A program made the translations under genes and the position numbers. The notes beneath the pieces are model-generated. The model worked only from the letters and a program-made list of their open reading frames with translations, did not search any database and had not been told where the DNA came from. From NCBI RefSeq assembly GCF_001677475.2, contig NZ_CP015229.1: 64,000 nt of DNA; one strand, 5' to 3'. Source of the DNA: Escherichia coli (GTDB taxonomy: Bacteria > Pseudomonadota > Gammaproteobacteria > Enterobacterales > Enterobacteriaceae). Below are positions 45,622-58,875 of this stretch, piece after piece (the first letter of the stretch is position 1; every line of letters begins with the position of its first letter).

Positions 45622-45721
45622 AACGGCATCTCCGTGGAGAATGAGTAAAAGTGGGGGAAAAGTATATCACAGCGAGGAGAGGGGAGTTACCCGACCAGGA
45701 GCCGGGTAACGGAGAAGCGAG

Positions 45722-45985
45722 TTACAGAACCATGCGGACAATATCGATTTTGCCCAGTTCTTCATACAGTGTTTCAACCTGCTCGATATGAGTCGCGTTG
45801 ATAGTGATAGATACCGAGTGGTAGTTGCCTTTGCTGCTTGGTTTTACCGTTGGGGTGTAGTCACCTGGCGCATGGCGCTGTACCACTTCAACCACCTGAT
45901 CAACCAGCTCAGGTAACGCCTGCCCCATAACTTTGTAAGTAAAAGGAGTAGGGAATTCAAGCAGTTCGTTAAGTTTGGTTTTCAT
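45722..45985 (-). CDS. ybeD: UPF0250 family small protein
   Basis: 87 aa; between dacA and lipB. Confidence 0.93.
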
Positions 45986-46094
45986 GTCAGCTCCGGCGTA
46001 ACGTAATTAAATAGCAACTCCCGCCAGAAGGCGGGAGTTTTTTACTGATGCTTAGTATATGGGGACGGAAATTACACTTTCAAGTGTTCAATTT

Positions 46095-47306
46095 TTAACC
46101 AAACCAGTGATGGAACATTAATTTAATGTAATCAATGATTTTGCCGAAGAAGTTACCTTCCGGGATTTCTTGCAACACAACCAGCGGGCGTTGCTCGATC
46201 GTTTTGCCATCAAGCTGGAAGTTGATAGTTCCGACGACCTGATTCTTTTGCAGCGGCGCATGCAATTCACTGCTGTTCAGCACATAGCTGGCTTTCAGAT
46301 CTTTCATGCGACCACGCGGAATGGTCAGGTACACGTCTTTATCAACCCCTAACGAAGCGCGATCAGAATCACCAAACCAAACCGGTTCAGAGGCGAACTC
46401 TTTACCTACTTTCAGTGGGTTAACGGTTTCGAAGAAACGGAAGCCCCAGGTCAGCAGTTTTTTACTTTCGGCTTCACGGCCTTTAAAAGTACGTCCGCCC
46501 ATCACCGCAGAGATCAAGCGCATCTGGCCTTCAGTCGCAGAAGCAACAAGGTTGTAACCTGCTTTGTCAGTGTGTCCGGTTTTGATGCCGTCGACATTCA
46601 GGCTGTTATCCCATAACAGACCGTTACGGTTCAGCTGGCGAATACCGTTAAACGTAAATTCTTTTTCTTTATAGATCGAGTATTCATTTGGTACGTCACG
46701 GATCAACGCCTGGCCGATCAGCGCCATATCGCGCGCGGAGCTGTACTGACCATCAGCATCCAGACCATGTACCGTCTGGAAGTGGGTATTTTTCAGGCCC
46801 AGGGCGTTAACGTAGCTGTTCATCAAGCCAACAAAAGCGTCCTGGCTACCAGCGGCAAAATCGGCCATGGCGACGCAAGCATCGTTACCCGATTGCAGGT
46901 TAATACCGCGGATCAGCTGAGAAACCGGAACCTGCATGCCCGGTTTGAGGAACATCAGCGAAGAACCTTTAAACACCGGGTTACCGGTGGCCCATGCGTC
47001 GTTGCCGATAGTGACTAAATCAGTTTCTTTAAATTTACCGGCTTTCATTGCCTGGCCGATAACGTAACTGGTCATCATTTTGGTCAGGCTGGCAGGATCG
47101 CGGCGGACATCTGCGTTCTGTTCGGCGAGCACTTTGCCGGAGTTATAGTCAATCAGGATGTAGGACTCCGCGTCGATCTGCGGTACACCCGGGATCATAG
47201 TTTTGATATTCAGGTCATCGGCATGTGCAGCAGAGATAAAGGCTGTGCAAAGAGCCGTGGTGAGCGCCAGGCGCTTCATGATACGAGCGGAAAAAATGGT
47301 ATTCAT
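46095..47306 (-). CDS. dacA: D-alanyl-D-alanine carboxypeptidase (PBP5)
   Basis: 403 aa; signal peptide; SLTK, SGN and KTG motifs. Confidence 0.96.
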
Positions 47307-47445
47307 GGTCTGAACTACGACATCCGTGATGGAATTAAAAAAAGTGCCCTACTATAGCAAATGCACTACCGGCAGGCATCTGACTTTCCGCGTGACTTTG
47401 TTAACGTCATTTACAGAAATTGACACATCAGATGCCTGCTTTACG

Positions 47446-48534
47446 CTACTGCGCGGTGGTAATAAATGACTGTAATTGGGCTTCGGTTTGCAAACGTTGC
47501 TGCAAGGTACTGGCTTCGGCTTTGCTGGCGAATGGGCCAAGCTGGATCCGCCAGACCGCGCCATTTTGAGTTACGCGACCGGGGACGCCGAACTTCTGTC
47601 CCAGTTGCTGTTGGTACTGTTGCGCACGCGCCTGATCGCTTACGGCCCCAACTTGCACCATAAAGTTGCCGCTGGCGCTTTGCGAGGCGGCTTGCGGTGT
47701 CACCATTGCAGGCGAGGTTGCAGGCGTTGTCGACGGAGCTGTAACAACGGGCTGTGGCGCAGGTGTTGGTTCGCTGCCTTCCAGAACACCAGGCGCTAAG
47801 GTCGTTGGTGCACCGAGGAAACCGCTGCTGGTTACCGGCGCGCCGGTCGGATCTTCGCTTTTTAGCGTCGAATTACTGACCGGAAGAATGTCACCCTGCG
47901 GGCCAGACACTGAACTTGTTCCCGCGCCACCGCTTAAATCGGGAGGTGCAGGCAGGGCATAAGTCTGTTTAGCAACTGTGGTACAGGCCATACCAGGACC
48001 AGAAAGCGAACCATCCTGGGCGACAATAATCGGATCGATACGAACTTTGGTGTTGTTTGACGTGTTAAGACGGTCAGCTGCCGCGCGAGAAAGCGAAATA
48101 ACGCGGTCGTTGCCGTAAGGACCGCGATCATTAATGCGCACCACGATCATTCGCCCGTTAGCCAGGTTAGTGATTCTGGCGTAGCTGGGGATCGGAAGCG
48201 TTGGATGGGCCGCCGTCAACTGTGTCGGATCGAATGCTTCGCCAGAGGCCGTCAGGTTACTGCCGGGTTCGGCATCATAGATTGCCGCCAGTCCCGCCAG
48301 GCTAAATCGAGACGGATCCTGTACGATTTTGTAGCTTTTACCGTCGCGCTGGTAATCCTGGTTTGCCGTCGCGTTCAGTGGTTCGAAACGCGGGTCCGCC
48401 CCGCTAATTTCAACTATGGGGCCGTTACATACCGCAGGCTGCGGTACACTTACCGTCTGTTGCTGACCATCATCGCTTGTACATGCCGCGAGCATTCCTG
48501 CCGCGATGCAGATCCCGAGCCACTGCTTACGCAT
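47446..48534 (-). CDS. rlpA: Septal ring lytic transglycosylase RlpA (rare lipoprotein A)
   Basis: 362 aa; lipobox LAAC; Pro/Thr/Ala-rich linker; C-terminal SPOR-like region. Confidence 0.93.
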   Translation of the reverse strand: MRKQWLGICIAAGMLAACTSDDGQQQTVSVPQPAVCNGPIVEISGADPRFEPLNATANQDYQRDGKSYKIVQDPSRFSLAGLAAIYDAEPGSNLTASGEAFDPTQLTAAHPTLPIPSYARITNLANGRMIVVRINDRGPYGNDRVISLSRAAADRLNTSNNTKVRIDPIIVAQDGSLSGPGMACTTVAKQTYALPAPPDLSGGAGTSSVSGPQGDILPVSNSTLKSEDPTGAPVTSSGFLGAPTTLAPGVLEGSEPTPAPQPVVTAPSTTPATSPAMVTPQAASQSASGNFMVQVGAVSDQARAQQYQQQLGQKFGVPGRVTQNGAVWRIQLGPFASKAEASTLQQRLQTEAQLQSFITTAQ

Positions 48535-48544
48535 TGCGCACCTC

Positions 48545-49657
48545 TTACACGCTTTTCGACAACATTTTCCTGTGGGTGTGGATTGACATTACAATCCCGA
48601 ACCCAGCCATCAGCACAATAAGCGCCGATCCTCCATAACTGACCAGTGGGAGCGGAACCCCTACAACCGGCAGAATACCGCTTACCATACCAATATTTAC
48701 GAAGACATAAACGAATAATATCAGCATTAAGCCGCCAGCCATGACGCGACCAAAGGTGGTTTGCGCTCTGGCGGCTATCCACAGCCCGCGCATGATCAGC
48801 AGAATGTAAAGAGCGAGCAGAATCAAAATGCCCACTAATCCCAGCTCTTCCGCCAGTACCGCGAAGATAAAGTCGGTATGGCGTTCGGGGAGAAATTCAA
48901 GCTGTGACTGAGTGCCATGCAGCCAGCCTTTGCCGCGTAATCCGCCGGAGCCAATAGCAATTTTAGACTGAATAATGTGATAGCCCGCGCCGAGTGGGTC
49001 TGATTCCGGGTCCAGGAGCATCATTACGCGCTGGCGCTGGTAATCATGCATCAGGAAGAACCACAGAATAGGAATGAACGCCGCCACCAGCACTACTGCG
49101 ACGCCAATCAGACGCCAGCTAAGGCCAGAGAGGAACAGTACAAACAGACCGGAAAGCGCAACGAGGATTGATGTCCCCAGGTCAGGCTGCGCAGCCACCA
49201 GCAGCGTGGGCATAAATATCAGCACCAGCGCGATGCCTGTGTTCTTCAACGACGGCGGGCAAACGTCGCGGTTGATAAAGCGCGCAACCATCAGTGGTAC
49301 GGCTATTTTGGCAATTTCCGACGGCTGAAAACGAACAATACCGAGGTCCAGCCAGCGTTGAGCGCCTTTAGAGATGGCACCGAAAGCATCTACCGCCACC
49401 AGCAAAATAATACAGATGATATAGAGATAGGGGGCCCAGCCTTCATAAACGCGTGGAGGAATTTGCGCCATCACCACCATGATGACCAGACCCATCGCGA
49501 TTTGGCCTATTTTACGCTCCATCATGCCAATATCCTGACCGCTGGCGCTCCAGATAACCAGGGCGCTGTAAACCAGCAATGCCAGTAAAATCAGCAGCAT
49601 TGTGGGATCGAGATGGACTTTATCCCAGAATGTTTTTTTATTCGGATTATCCGTCAT
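48545..49657 (-). CDS. mrdB: Peptidoglycan glycosyltransferase RodA (SEDS family)
   Basis: 370-aa polytopic membrane ORF immediately downstream of mrdA. Confidence 0.96.
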   Translation of the reverse strand: MTDNPNKKTFWDKVHLDPTMLLILLALLVYSALVIWSASGQDIGMMERKIGQIAMGLVIMVVMAQIPPRVYEGWAPYLYIICIILLVAVDAFGAISKGAQRWLDLGIVRFQPSEIAKIAVPLMVARFINRDVCPPSLKNTGIALVLIFMPTLLVAAQPDLGTSILVALSGLFVLFLSGLSWRLIGVAVVLVAAFIPILWFFLMHDYQRQRVMMLLDPESDPLGAGYHIIQSKIAIGSGGLRGKGWLHGTQSQLEFLPERHTDFIFAVLAEELGLVGILILLALYILLIMRGLWIAARAQTTFGRVMAGGLMLILFVYVFVNIGMVSGILPVVGVPLPLVSYGGSALIVLMAGFGIVMSIHTHRKMLSKSV

Positions 49658-49659
49658 GA

Positions 49660-51561
49660 TTAATGGTCCTCCGCTGCGGCAACCGCTGGATTTTCCGCAG
49701 GCAGATCGGTGTTGTTATCACCCAGCATAATGTGGTCGAGGATCTGGCGCATCAGCGTACCAACCGCTGGACCCGCGCCACCGTTCTCCAGAATCATGGC
49801 GACAGCCACTTGCGGATTGTTGTATGGCGCAAAGGCAGTCATCAGTTTGTGGTCACGTAAACGCTCGGCAATTTTGTGCGCATTATAGGTTTCGTTCGCT
49901 TTCAGACCGAAGACCTGAGCTGTACCAGATTTCGCCGCAATTTTGTACGGTGCGCTGGCAAAGTATTTATGCGCCGTACCGTTAGGGCGGTTAGCAACAC
50001 CGTACATACCGTCTTTCGCCAGCTCCCAGTAACCGGAATGAATATCGCCGACGGGTGGTTCATGCGGTTGTACCCATGGCACCTGTTTGCCGTCTTCGGC
50101 GGTGCTCATCAGCAAATGCGGAACCTTCACGATACCGTCATTAATCAGGATCATCAGTGCCTTACTCATCTGGATTGGGGTCGCTGTCCAGTAACCCTGG
50201 CCGATACCAACCGGAATGGTGTCACCCTGATACCACGGTTTTTTAAAGCGTTTCTGTTTCCATTCGCGGGTAGGCATGTTGCCGGAACGTTCTTCCGCCA
50301 GGTCGATACCGGTATAATGACCATAACCGAATTTACCCATCCATTCGGAGAGGCGATCGATCCCCATATCGTAGGCCACCTGATAGAAGAAGGTATCCGC
50401 AGATTCTTCCAGCGATCTTGTGACATTCAGACGCCCGTGGCCCCATTTTTTCCAGTCACGATAACGTTTTTCCGAACCTGGCAGTTGCCACCAGCCTGGG
50501 TCAAACAGCGTCGTATTGCGCGTGATCACCCCGGCGCTTAATGCCGAAACCGCCACATAGGGTTTAACTGTAGACGCGGGAGGATAAACCCCCTGTGTGG
50601 CGCGGTTCACCAGCGGTGTATTCGGGTCGTTCAGCAAGGCGGAATAATCTTTGCTGGAGATACCGTCAACAAATAGGTTTGGGTCATAACTAGGCGTGGA
50701 AACCAGCGCCAGCACCCCACCTGTACGCGGATCGGTGACTACCACAGCTGCGCGGCTACCCGCCAGCAGCGTTTCAATATATTGCTGGAGTTTGAGATCC
50801 AGCGTCAGGTAAATATCGTGTCCGGCTTGCGGTGGCACTTCTTTTAACTGGCGGATAACACGCCCACGGTTGTTAACTTCAACCTCTTCATAACCAGTCT
50901 GACCGTGCAGCACGTCTTCATAGTAACGCTCAATGCCCAGCTTACCTATATCATGCGTTGCCGCATAGTTGGCCAGTTTGCCGTCATTATTCAGGCGTTC
51001 GACGTCTTTATCGTTGATTTTCGACACATAGCCGATGACGTGGGTCAACGCCGAACCGTAAGGATAGTAACGACGTTTATAGCCTTTAACTTCAACACCC
51101 GGAAAACGGTACTGATTGACGGCAAAGCGAGCTACTTGTACTTCGGTCAGGTTAGTTTTCACCGGAATGGAGGTGAAACGGTGTGAACGTGCGCGCTCTT
51201 TTCGGAATGCAGCAATATCGTCATCGGTCAGATCAACCACGCTGCGCAAAGCGTCCAGCGTTTGCTGCACGTTATCGACTTTCTCCGGCATCATCTCTAT
51301 CTGGTAGATAGTGCGGTTAAGTGCCAGAGGGATACCGTTACGGTCGTAGATAATGCCGCGGCTGGGCGCGATAGGCACCAGCTTAATGCGGTTTTCATTA
51401 GAGCGGGTCTGGTAATCGGTAAAGCGAACAATTTGCAGATTATACAGGTTGGCGATAAGCACGCCGGTCAGCAGCAAAATCCCCAAAAAGGCGACCAGCG
51501 CCCGGCGCACAAACAGCGCGGACTCTGCCGTATAGTCGCGAAAAGAGTTCTGTAGTTTCAT
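49660..51561 (-). CDS. mrdA: Penicillin-binding protein 2 (elongasome transpeptidase)
   Basis: 633 aa; STVK and KSGT motifs. Confidence 0.96.
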   Translation of the reverse strand: MKLQNSFRDYTAESALFVRRALVAFLGILLLTGVLIANLYNLQIVRFTDYQTRSNENRIKLVPIAPSRGIIYDRNGIPLALNRTIYQIEMMPEKVDNVQQTLDALRSVVDLTDDDIAAFRKERARSHRFTSIPVKTNLTEVQVARFAVNQYRFPGVEVKGYKRRYYPYGSALTHVIGYVSKINDKDVERLNNDGKLANYAATHDIGKLGIERYYEDVLHGQTGYEEVEVNNRGRVIRQLKEVPPQAGHDIYLTLDLKLQQYIETLLAGSRAAVVVTDPRTGGVLALVSTPSYDPNLFVDGISSKDYSALLNDPNTPLVNRATQGVYPPASTVKPYVAVSALSAGVITRNTTLFDPGWWQLPGSEKRYRDWKKWGHGRLNVTRSLEESADTFFYQVAYDMGIDRLSEWMGKFGYGHYTGIDLAEERSGNMPTREWKQKRFKKPWYQGDTIPVGIGQGYWTATPIQMSKALMILINDGIVKVPHLLMSTAEDGKQVPWVQPHEPPVGDIHSGYWELAKDGMYGVANRPNGTAHKYFASAPYKIAAKSGTAQVFGLKANETYNAHKIAERLRDHKLMTAFAPYNNPQVAVAMILENGGAGPAVGTLMRQILDHIMLGDNNTDLPAENPAVAAAEDH

Positions 51562-51591
51562 CCGCTGCGTTTTCTACTCAAAGCTCCCTTA

Positions 51592-52059
51592 TCACTCACG
51601 GTGATAAGGATGGTTGGTGGTGATGCTCCACGCCCGGTACAGACTCTCTGCGACCAGCACGCGAACCAGCGGATGGGGGAGGGTAAGCGCCGACAGCGAC
51701 CAGCTCTGCTCTGCCGCCGCTTTACAGGCAGGCGACAACCCTTCAGGCCCGCCAATCAGTAGACTGACGTCGCGACCATCCAGCTTCCAGCGTTCCAGCT
51801 CAGCGGCTAACTGCGGCGTATCCCAGGGCTTGCCTGGAATATCGAGGGTGACAATGCGGTTTTTGCCTGCGGCCGCCAACATCTGCTCACCCTCTTTGTC
51901 GAGTATGCGCTTGATGTCCGCATTCTTGCCGCGTTTTCCGGCCGGAATTTCAATCAGCTCGAAGGGCATATCTTTCGGAAAACGACGCAGGTACTCGGTA
52001 AAACCGGTTTGTACCCAGTCCGGCATTTTCGTTCCCACGGCGACAAGTTGCAGCTTCAC
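51592..52059 (-). CDS. rlmH: 23S rRNA (pseudouridine1915-N3)-methyltransferase (SPOUT)
   Basis: 155 aa; operon position after rsfS. Confidence 0.95.
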
Positions 52060-52062
52060 GCA

Positions 52063-52398
<336 letters not shown>

Positions 52399-52639
52399 TC
52401 AAATAGATAAAAATGGTCTGTCAGTATACCTGAACCAGAGGCGATTTCGGGACAATTGTCGCCGAATCGGCTTTCGAAAGTGGGCTATCATCCCACCCCG
52501 CGCCGCAGATTGCATCGCCATTTTTGTAAAACAATTTCTACAAAGTCGTGTCTGGCGAAAAAAGTCTGGCTGCGGAGAATATCAGCCTGCCCGGGGCTGT
52601 CAATGGTCGTTGCGGCTTACCCGTAAAAAAACAGAAAAG

Positions 52640-53251
52640 TCATGCATTCTCGACCCCGATGGCACGGCTATTGAGGACGCGTAGCGTCGCGAATTTTTGG
52701 TTGATATCAATGGCGCTCCAACACCCCTGGTCAACGCGAAAATGCCACATAGCTTCGGCAGGCATACCAATTAAACGGGCGATTAACAGACTCAGTACAC
52801 CCTGATGGCTGACGACTAAAATATTCTGATAGTGCTGAAATTCACTAAGCCTTGCGATAAACCGTTCCACTCGTTGTGAAAATGCCTGAAATCCTTCACC
52901 GTTCGTGGGGATAGCATGCTGCCAGTCATTGCACCACGCGCTATAGTTTTCGGCATCTTCTTGCATGAGGTCGCGATGATGTCGCATCTCCCAGTCGCCA
53001 AAAAACATTTCGTTGAGTTCAGGGATGATTTGCACGGGAAGCTGGCGATCACTGAGAACCAGTCGCGCGGTATGCTGTGCCCGTTCCAGTTCACTGCATA
53101 AAACCAGGTCAAAGGAAACATCATCTAGCAGCGTATGCAGATTTTGCGCTTGCTCAATACCGCGCGCGGTCAGGGGAGTGGGCGCATGACCGCTGTACAG
53201 ACCATCGACATTCGCTTGCGTTTCGCCATGACGAATTAACCACAGTCGCAT
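52640..53251 (-). CDS. cobC: Alpha-ribazole phosphatase / histidine-phosphatase family
   Basis: Trimmed to second ATG (MRLWLIRHGETQ...); RHG catalytic motif. Confidence 0.9.
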   Translation of the reverse strand: MRLWLIRHGETQANVDGLYSGHAPTPLTARGIEQAQNLHTLLDDVSFDLVLCSELERAQHTARLVLSDRQLPVQIIPELNEMFFGDWEMRHHRDLMQEDAENYSAWCNDWQHAIPTNGEGFQAFSQRVERFIARLSEFQHYQNILVVSHQGVLSLLIARLIGMPAEAMWHFRVDQGCWSAIDINQKFATLRVLNSRAIGVENA

Positions 53252-53274
53252 CATGCCCTCCGTAACGACAGGTA

Positions 53275-53916
53275 TCAGCGATACAAGCCTTGTTGGTTAA
53301 TGTAAGTCAGTACCGGTTCCGGCAATAAATCCTCACACGATTCACCGTTTTGCAAACGTTCGCGGATGATGGTCGCCGAGATGTTAAACCACGGCGTTTC
53401 AGCCAGATAAATTTTACCGGCAGGCTGAAGGTGAAGATCTTCCGGGTTATGTGTCAAATGATCTTCCAGCCATTGCTGGTATTGCGTTTGCGCCATTTCA
53501 AGTGGGTAACCTGGACGCCGACAGACGATCAAATGTGCATTGTCGAGTATCGTTTCGTATTCGTACCAGGTCGGAAAGGTCAGCAATGAATCCTGACCAA
53601 TAATAAACGCCAGCGGCACGTCCGGTCCTTGTTCCTGCCGCCACTCTTTCAGTGTTTGCGCAGTGTAAGAAGGGGCATTGCGCTTTAGCTCGCGTTCATC
53701 AAGAGTAAATAATGGCTTGTCGGCAATCGCCAGTTCAAGCATGTGTTTACGCTGCACGCTGTTCGCTTCCGGCTGGGGACGATGCGGAGGAACATTATTA
53801 GGAATTATTGTGACCCGCGTCAGACCAATCAAATTCGCCAGCGTTTCCACGGGTTTTAGATGACCATAGTGCACCGGATCAAAGGTGCCGCCAAACAGAG
53901 CCTGTAAAGATTTCAT
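53275..53916 (-). CDS. nadD: Nicotinate-nucleotide adenylyltransferase
   Basis: 213 aa; nucleotidyltransferase motif [11 protein letters not shown]. Confidence 0.95.
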   Translation of the reverse strand: MKSLQALFGGTFDPVHYGHLKPVETLANLIGLTRVTIIPNNVPPHRPQPEANSVQRKHMLELAIADKPLFTLDERELKRNAPSYTAQTLKEWRQEQGPDVPLAFIIGQDSLLTFPTWYEYETILDNAHLIVCRRPGYPLEMAQTQYQQWLEDHLTHNPEDLHLQPAGKIYLAETPWFNISATIIRERLQNGESCEDLLPEPVLTYINQQGLYR

Positions 53917-53917
53917 A

Positions 53918-54949
53918 TCAACCGTCGATAAATACGTCCGCCAGGGGTTTATGGCACAACAGAAGAGATAACCCTTCCAGCTCTGCCCACACTGACTGAC
54001 CGTAATCTTGTTTGAGGGTGAGTTCCGTTCGTGTCAGGAGTTGCACGGCCTGACGTAACTGCGGCTGGCTTAAGCGATTTAACGCCTCGCCCATCATGCC
54101 CCGGCGGTTCTGCCATACCCGATGCTTATCAAACAACGCACGCAGTGGCGTATGGGCAGACTGGCGTTTCAGGTTAACCAGTAACAACAGTTCACGTTGT
54201 AATGTGCGCAACAAAATAACCGGCTCGCTGCCTTCCAGACGCAGTTGCTGAAGAATGTGCAATGCGCGCTTGCTTTTGCCCATCAACAAAGCATCGACCC
54301 AATGAAAAGGGGTGAAATGCGCGGCATCATTCACTGCCTGCTCAACGCGCGGTAATGTCAGTTTGCCGTCCGGCCAGAGAAGCGATAAACGCTCCAGCGC
54401 CTGTGCCAGCGCCAGCAGGTTACCTTCATAACAATAGCAGAGCATCTGATTTGCAGCGTCATCCAGTTCTAAGTTGAGCTGTTTTGCACGCGCAGCAACC
54501 CAGCGAGGAAGCTGAGCCTGCTCCGGTGTCTGACAGGTTACCTGCACGCTTCGATTAGCAAGAGCAGTAAACCAGGCAGCATTTTCCTGCGCTTTGCTTA
54601 ATTTATTGCCGCGCACGATCAGCAGCAAATCGTCATGCAGCAGTCCGGTCAGTGTCAGAAGTTGGTCATTGATCGCCGCATTTGGTCCGTTTTCTGGTAA
54701 CAGCAGCAATAGCGTTTGTCGACTGGCGAACAGGCTCATGGCCTGGCATAGCGAAAATATCGCATTCCAGTCGGTGTTGGGATCAATGGAAAAAGTGTGG
54801 TGTTCTGCAAATCCTTGTGCTGCAGCTACCTGACGAACAGCGTCCTGGCTTTCCTGCAACAACAGAGGATCGTTACCAAGCAAAAGATACGCCGCGCGCA
54901 GCCCTTCATTGAGCTGCGCGCGGAGTTGTTCCGGGTACAACCGAATCAT
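53918..54949 (-). CDS. holA: DNA polymerase III delta subunit
   Basis: 343 aa; conserved lptE-holA-nadD arrangement. Confidence 0.95.
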   Translation of the reverse strand: MIRLYPEQLRAQLNEGLRAAYLLLGNDPLLLQESQDAVRQVAAAQGFAEHHTFSIDPNTDWNAIFSLCQAMSLFASRQTLLLLLPENGPNAAINDQLLTLTGLLHDDLLLIVRGNKLSKAQENAAWFTALANRSVQVTCQTPEQAQLPRWVAARAKQLNLELDDAANQMLCYCYEGNLLALAQALERLSLLWPDGKLTLPRVEQAVNDAAHFTPFHWVDALLMGKSKRALHILQQLRLEGSEPVILLRTLQRELLLLVNLKRQSAHTPLRALFDKHRVWQNRRGMMGEALNRLSQPQLRQAVQLLTRTELTLKQDYGQSVWAELEGLSLLLCHKPLADVFIDG

Positions 54950-55527
54950 CAGTTACCCAGCGTAGTAGAGACGCGTGCAGGCGTTGCTGCAGTATCCGTT
55001 GTTTTCGACGTATCTTCGTCGGAACGGATATCCGCAGCGCGGATGCTTGGCAGCTTACGTATCAGCTGTTCGGCAGCACGGTCGTACATCTCTTGAATGA
55101 TCATGCTTTGCTCATTATCTTTCGCTAACGCCATTTGCGGGTTATCGAAGAACGAACGGAAGACTTTGGCGCTAATCGGGTAGATGTCACGGCCAGGGAT
55201 CAATACTGACGCGCTGACAGTCATCACCATTTGATATTCAGCGGTTTGACCATTACGGAAAACTGAAGCGGTATCCTGGGAGATTGATACAGCACCCAAA
55301 CGCAGGGATGGAACATCCTTACGCGTGGTTTCTTTATCAAGCAACTCAACACCGTTCAGACGCAACTGATTACGCACCGCACGGCTTAACGGCCCGTTCG
55401 GGTCGCCAGAGTCCAGGATCATGACCTTCATAGTGGAAGGAACCTGCGTGGTATCACGCAGATGCCAGCCACACCCGGCGGTGATTAACACCGCCAGAGA
55501 TAACAACAATGTTGCCAGATATCGCAC
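54949..55527 (-). CDS. lptE: LPS assembly lipoprotein
   Basis: 192 aa; lipobox ITAGC; 1-nt overlap with holA. Confidence 0.93.
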   Translation of the reverse strand: MRYLATLLLSLAVLITAGCGWHLRDTTQVPSTMKVMILDSGDPNGPLSRAVRNQLRLNGVELLDKETTRKDVPSLRLGAVSISQDTASVFRNGQTAEYQMVMTVSASVLIPGRDIYPISAKVFRSFFDNPQMALAKDNEQSMIIQEMYDRAAEQLIRKLPSIRAADIRSDEDTSKTTDTAATPARVSTTLGN

Positions 55528-55541
55528 GCTTCCTCCCGCGC

Positions 55542-58124
55542 TTAGCCAACGACCAGATTGAGGAGTTTACCCGGTACGTAAATCACTTTACGCACGGTAA
55601 CGCCATCAAGATATTTTGCTACCAGATGTTCCTGGCCAGCACGTTCGCGAACCTGTTCTTCCGTTGCATCTACCGGAACGGTGATTTTGGCACGGACTTT
55701 ACCGTTAACCTGCACCACCACCAGCGTGGAATCTTCCACCATCGCTTTCTCGTCTGCAACCGGCCACGGCGCGTTGTCGATATCGCCTTCGCCTTTCAGT
55801 TCCTGCCACAGCGTGAAGCAGATGTGCGGCGTGAACGGGTTAAGCATACGAACAACGGCCAGCAGGGCTTCCTGCATCAGCGCGCGATCCTGCTCACCAT
55901 CGGTCGGTGCTTTTGCCAGTTTGTTCATCAGCTCCATAATCGCCGCAATTGCAGTGTTAAAGGTCTGACGACGACCGATATCATCGGTCACTTTAGCGAT
56001 AGTTTTATGAACATCACGACGCAGAGCTTTCTGATCTTCAGTCAGTGCGTCAACGTTCAGCGCCGCAACATCACCTTTCGCAGTGTGCTCGTAAACCAGT
56101 TTCCAGACACGTTTCAGGAAGCGGTTAGCCCCTTCAACGCCGGACTCCTGCCATTCGAGAGTCATATCCGCCGGAGAAGCGAACATCATAAACAGACGAA
56201 CGGTGTCCGCGCCGTAACGTTCAACCATCACCTGCGGGTCGATACCGTTGTTCTTCGACTTAGACATTTTGCTCATGCCGGTATACACCAGTTCATGGCC
56301 TGCCGCGTCTTTCGCTTTCACGATACGGCCTTTCTCGTCGCGCTCAACGATAGCATCAACCGGGGAAACCCAGTTACGTTCGCCGTTTTCGCCTACATAG
56401 TAGAAGGCATCTGCCAGCACCATCCCCTGACACAGCAGCTGTTTCGCTGGCTCGTCAGAGTTCACCATGCCTGCATCACGCATCAGTTTGTGGAAGAAGC
56501 GGAAGTAGAGCAGGTGCATGATGGCGTGTTCGATACCACCAATGTAGATATCCACTGGCAGCCAGTAGTTAGCTGCTTTGGAATCCAGCATACCCTCTTT
56601 GTACTCCGGGCAAGTGTAGCGCGCATAGTACCAGGAGGACTCCATAAAGGTGTCGAAAGTATCGGTTTCACGCAGTGCCGGCATACCATTAACGGTGGTT
56701 TTCGCCCACTCAGGATCTGCTTTGATCGGGCTGGTAATACCATCCATTACCACATCTTCCGGCAGGATCACCGGCAACTGGTCGTCCGGAGTAGGCATCA
56801 CAGTGCCGTCCTCCAGCGTCACCATCGGAATCGGTGCGCCCCAGTAACGCTGACGGGAAACACCCCAGTCGCGCAGGCGATAGTTTACTTTACGCTCGCC
56901 AACGCCCATTGCCGTCAATTTGTCGGCAATGGCGTTAAAGGCCGCTTCATGGTCAAGACCGTTGAACTCGCCAGAGTTGAACAGCACGCCTTTTTCAGTC
57001 AGGGCTTGCTGAGAAAGATCTGGCTCAGAGCCGTCAGCTGCCAGGATAACCGGTTTGATATTCAGGCCGTATTTAGAGGCAAACTCGTAGTCGCGCTGGT
57101 CGTGACCCGGAACCGCCATAACTGCGCCCGTGCCGTATTCCATCAATACGAAGTTTGCTGCCCAAACGGGAATTTCTTCGCCCGTTAATGGGTGAACCGC
57201 TTTAAAGCCAGTATCGACGCCTTTTTTCTCCATCGTCGCCATTTCAGCTTCGGCAACTTTGGTGTTACGGCATTCGTCAATAAAGGCCGCCAGTTCAGGA
57301 TTATTTTCCGCCGCTTTCTGCGCCAGCGGATGACCCGCAGCTACCGCCAGGTAGGTACAACCCATAAAGGTGTCCGGGCGGGTAGTGTAAACGGTCAGCG
57401 TGTTGTCATAGTCGTTAACGTTGAAGGTGATCTCCACGCCTTCGGAACGACCGATCCAGTTACGCTGCATGGTTTTAACGGTGTCTGGCCAGTGATCCAG
57501 TTTATCCAGATCGTTGAGCAGCTCGTCAGCGTAAGCGGTGATTTTGATAAACCACTGCGGGATCTCTTTACGCTCAACTTTGGTATCGCAGCGCCAGCAG
57601 CAGCCGTCGATAACTTGTTCGTTCGCCAGTACGGTCTGGTCGTTCGGGCACCAGTTGACCGCAGAAGTCTTCTTATATACCAGGCCTTTTTTATACAGCT
57701 CGGTGAAGAATTTCTGTTCCCAACGGTAGTATTCCGGCGTACAGGTTGCCAGCTCGCGGCTCCAGTCATAACCAAAGCCCAGCATTTTGAGCTGGTTTTT
57801 CATATACGCGATGTTGTCGTACGTCCACGGTGCCGGAGCGGTGTTGTTTTTCACCGCCGCGCCTTCCGCAGGCAGACCAAACGCGTCCCAGCCGATCGGC
57901 TGCAGAACGTTTTTGCCCAGCATGCGCTGGTAACGGGCGATCACGTCACCGATGGTGTAGTTACGTACGTGGCCCATGTGTAGTCGACCAGAAGGATAGG
58001 GAAGCATAGACAGGCAGTAATACTTCTCTTTGCTCTCGTCTTCGGTTACTTCAAATGTGCGCTTCTCATCCCAATGAAGCTGTACTTTGGATTCTATCTC
58101 TTCCGGGCGGTATTGCTCTTGCAT
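55542..58124 (-). CDS. leuS: Leucine--tRNA ligase
   Basis: Trimmed to ATG at 58124 ([10 protein letters not shown]...); class I motifs HMGH and KMSKS. Confidence 0.97.
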   Translation of the reverse strand: MQEQYRPEEIESKVQLHWDEKRTFEVTEDESKEKYYCLSMLPYPSGRLHMGHVRNYTIGDVIARYQRMLGKNVLQPIGWDAFGLPAEGAAVKNNTAPAPWTYDNIAYMKNQLKMLGFGYDWSRELATCTPEYYRWEQKFFTELYKKGLVYKKTSAVNWCPNDQTVLANEQVIDGCCWRCDTKVERKEIPQWFIKITAYADELLNDLDKLDHWPDTVKTMQRNWIGRSEGVEITFNVNDYDNTLTVYTTRPDTFMGCTYLAVAAGHPLAQKAAENNPELAAFIDECRNTKVAEAEMATMEKKGVDTGFKAVHPLTGEEIPVWAANFVLMEYGTGAVMAVPGHDQRDYEFASKYGLNIKPVILAADGSEPDLSQQALTEKGVLFNSGEFNGLDHEAAFNAIADKLTAMGVGERKVNYRLRDWGVSRQRYWGAPIPMVTLEDGTVMPTPDDQLPVILPEDVVMDGITSPIKADPEWAKTTVNGMPALRETDTFDTFMESSWYYARYTCPEYKEGMLDSKAANYWLPVDIYIGGIEHAIMHLLYFRFFHKLMRDAGMVNSDEPAKQLLCQGMVLADAFYYVGENGERNWVSPVDAIVERDEKGRIVKAKDAAGHELVYTGMSKMSKSKNNGIDPQVMVERYGADTVRLFMMFASPADMTLEWQESGVEGANRFLKRVWKLVYEHTAKGDVAALNVDALTEDQKALRRDVHKTIAKVTDDIGRRQTFNTAIAAIMELMNKLAKAPTDGEQDRALMQEALLAVVRMLNPFTPHICFTLWQELKGEGDIDNAPWPVADEKAMVEDSTLVVVQVNGKVRAKITVPVDATEEQVRERAGQEHLVAKYLDGVTVRKVIYVPGKLLNLVVG

Positions 58125-58359
58125 GGCAGCCAGTGGTCCTGTTTTCATTACGGCTACAAAAGTAGCGTTAGAGGTGGTTTTTCAGATCCGCATAGCATAG
58201 CCCAAACGTCCGCGTCAAAACAGCCTTTCGCGCACTCGACGTTGAAATGATGCCCGGATTATTCATACATTAATTTACAGAGTTTGTGGGCGTATTAGCA
58301 AAGCAAGGAACAAAGAACGTCTATTATTATAGTCAGTTAACGACCCGGGAGATGAAACG

Positions 58360-58842
58360 ATGAACAAGGTTGCTCAATATTACCGTGAACTGGTCGCGTC
58401 ACTGAGCGAACGCCTGCGTAATGGCGAACGTGATATCGACGCACTGGTGGAACAGGCGCGCGAGCGCGTAATAAAAACAGGGGAGTTAACGCGAACCGAG
58501 GTCGATGAGCTGACGCGAGCTGTCAGACGTGACCTGGAAGAGTTCGCCATGAGCTATGAAGAGAGCCTGAAAGAAGAATCTGACAGCGTCTTTATGCGGG
58601 TGATTAAAGAAAGCTTATGGCAGGAGCTGGCAGACATCACCGATAAAACGCAGCTTGAATGGCGCGAAGTTTTCCAGGACCTCAATCATCACGGGGTTTA
58701 TCACAGCGGAGAAGTGGTAGGGCTGGGAAATCTGGTCTGCGAGAAATGTCACTTCCATCTCCCAATCTACACACCGGAAGTGCTGACGCTATGCCCGAAA
58801 TGTGGTCATGATCAGTTCCAGAGACGCCCGTTCGAGCCGTAA
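58360..58842 (+). CDS. ybeL: DUF1451 family protein with C-terminal CxxC pairs
   Basis: 160 aa; two Cys pairs (CEKCH ... CPKCGH). Confidence 0.9.
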   Translation: MNKVAQYYRELVASLSERLRNGERDIDALVEQARERVIKTGELTRTEVDELTRAVRRDLEEFAMSYEESLKEESDSVFMRVIKESLWQELADITDKTQLEWREVFQDLNHHGVYHSGEVVGLGNLVCEKCHFHLPIYTPEVLTLCPKCGHDQFQRRPFEP

Positions 58843-58875
58843 TAGTCTGATTTCGCACAGCAATAAAGAGAATAT

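Noticed and set aside
53252-53274. Cobalamin riboswitch upstream of cobC
   Set aside because: cobC starts 23 nt after the nadD stop, leaving no room for a leader of about 200 nt; cobC appears to be co-transcribed with nadD/holA.
55509-57983. Long plus-strand ORFs (559 aa at 55509-57188 and 263 aa at 57192-57983) antisense to leuS
   Set aside because: They lie entirely opposite a highly conserved essential gene, have low-complexity composition (R/H/V/F-rich), no Shine-Dalgarno sequence and no recognisable motifs. This is the classic stop-codon-poor antisense frame produced by codon bias.
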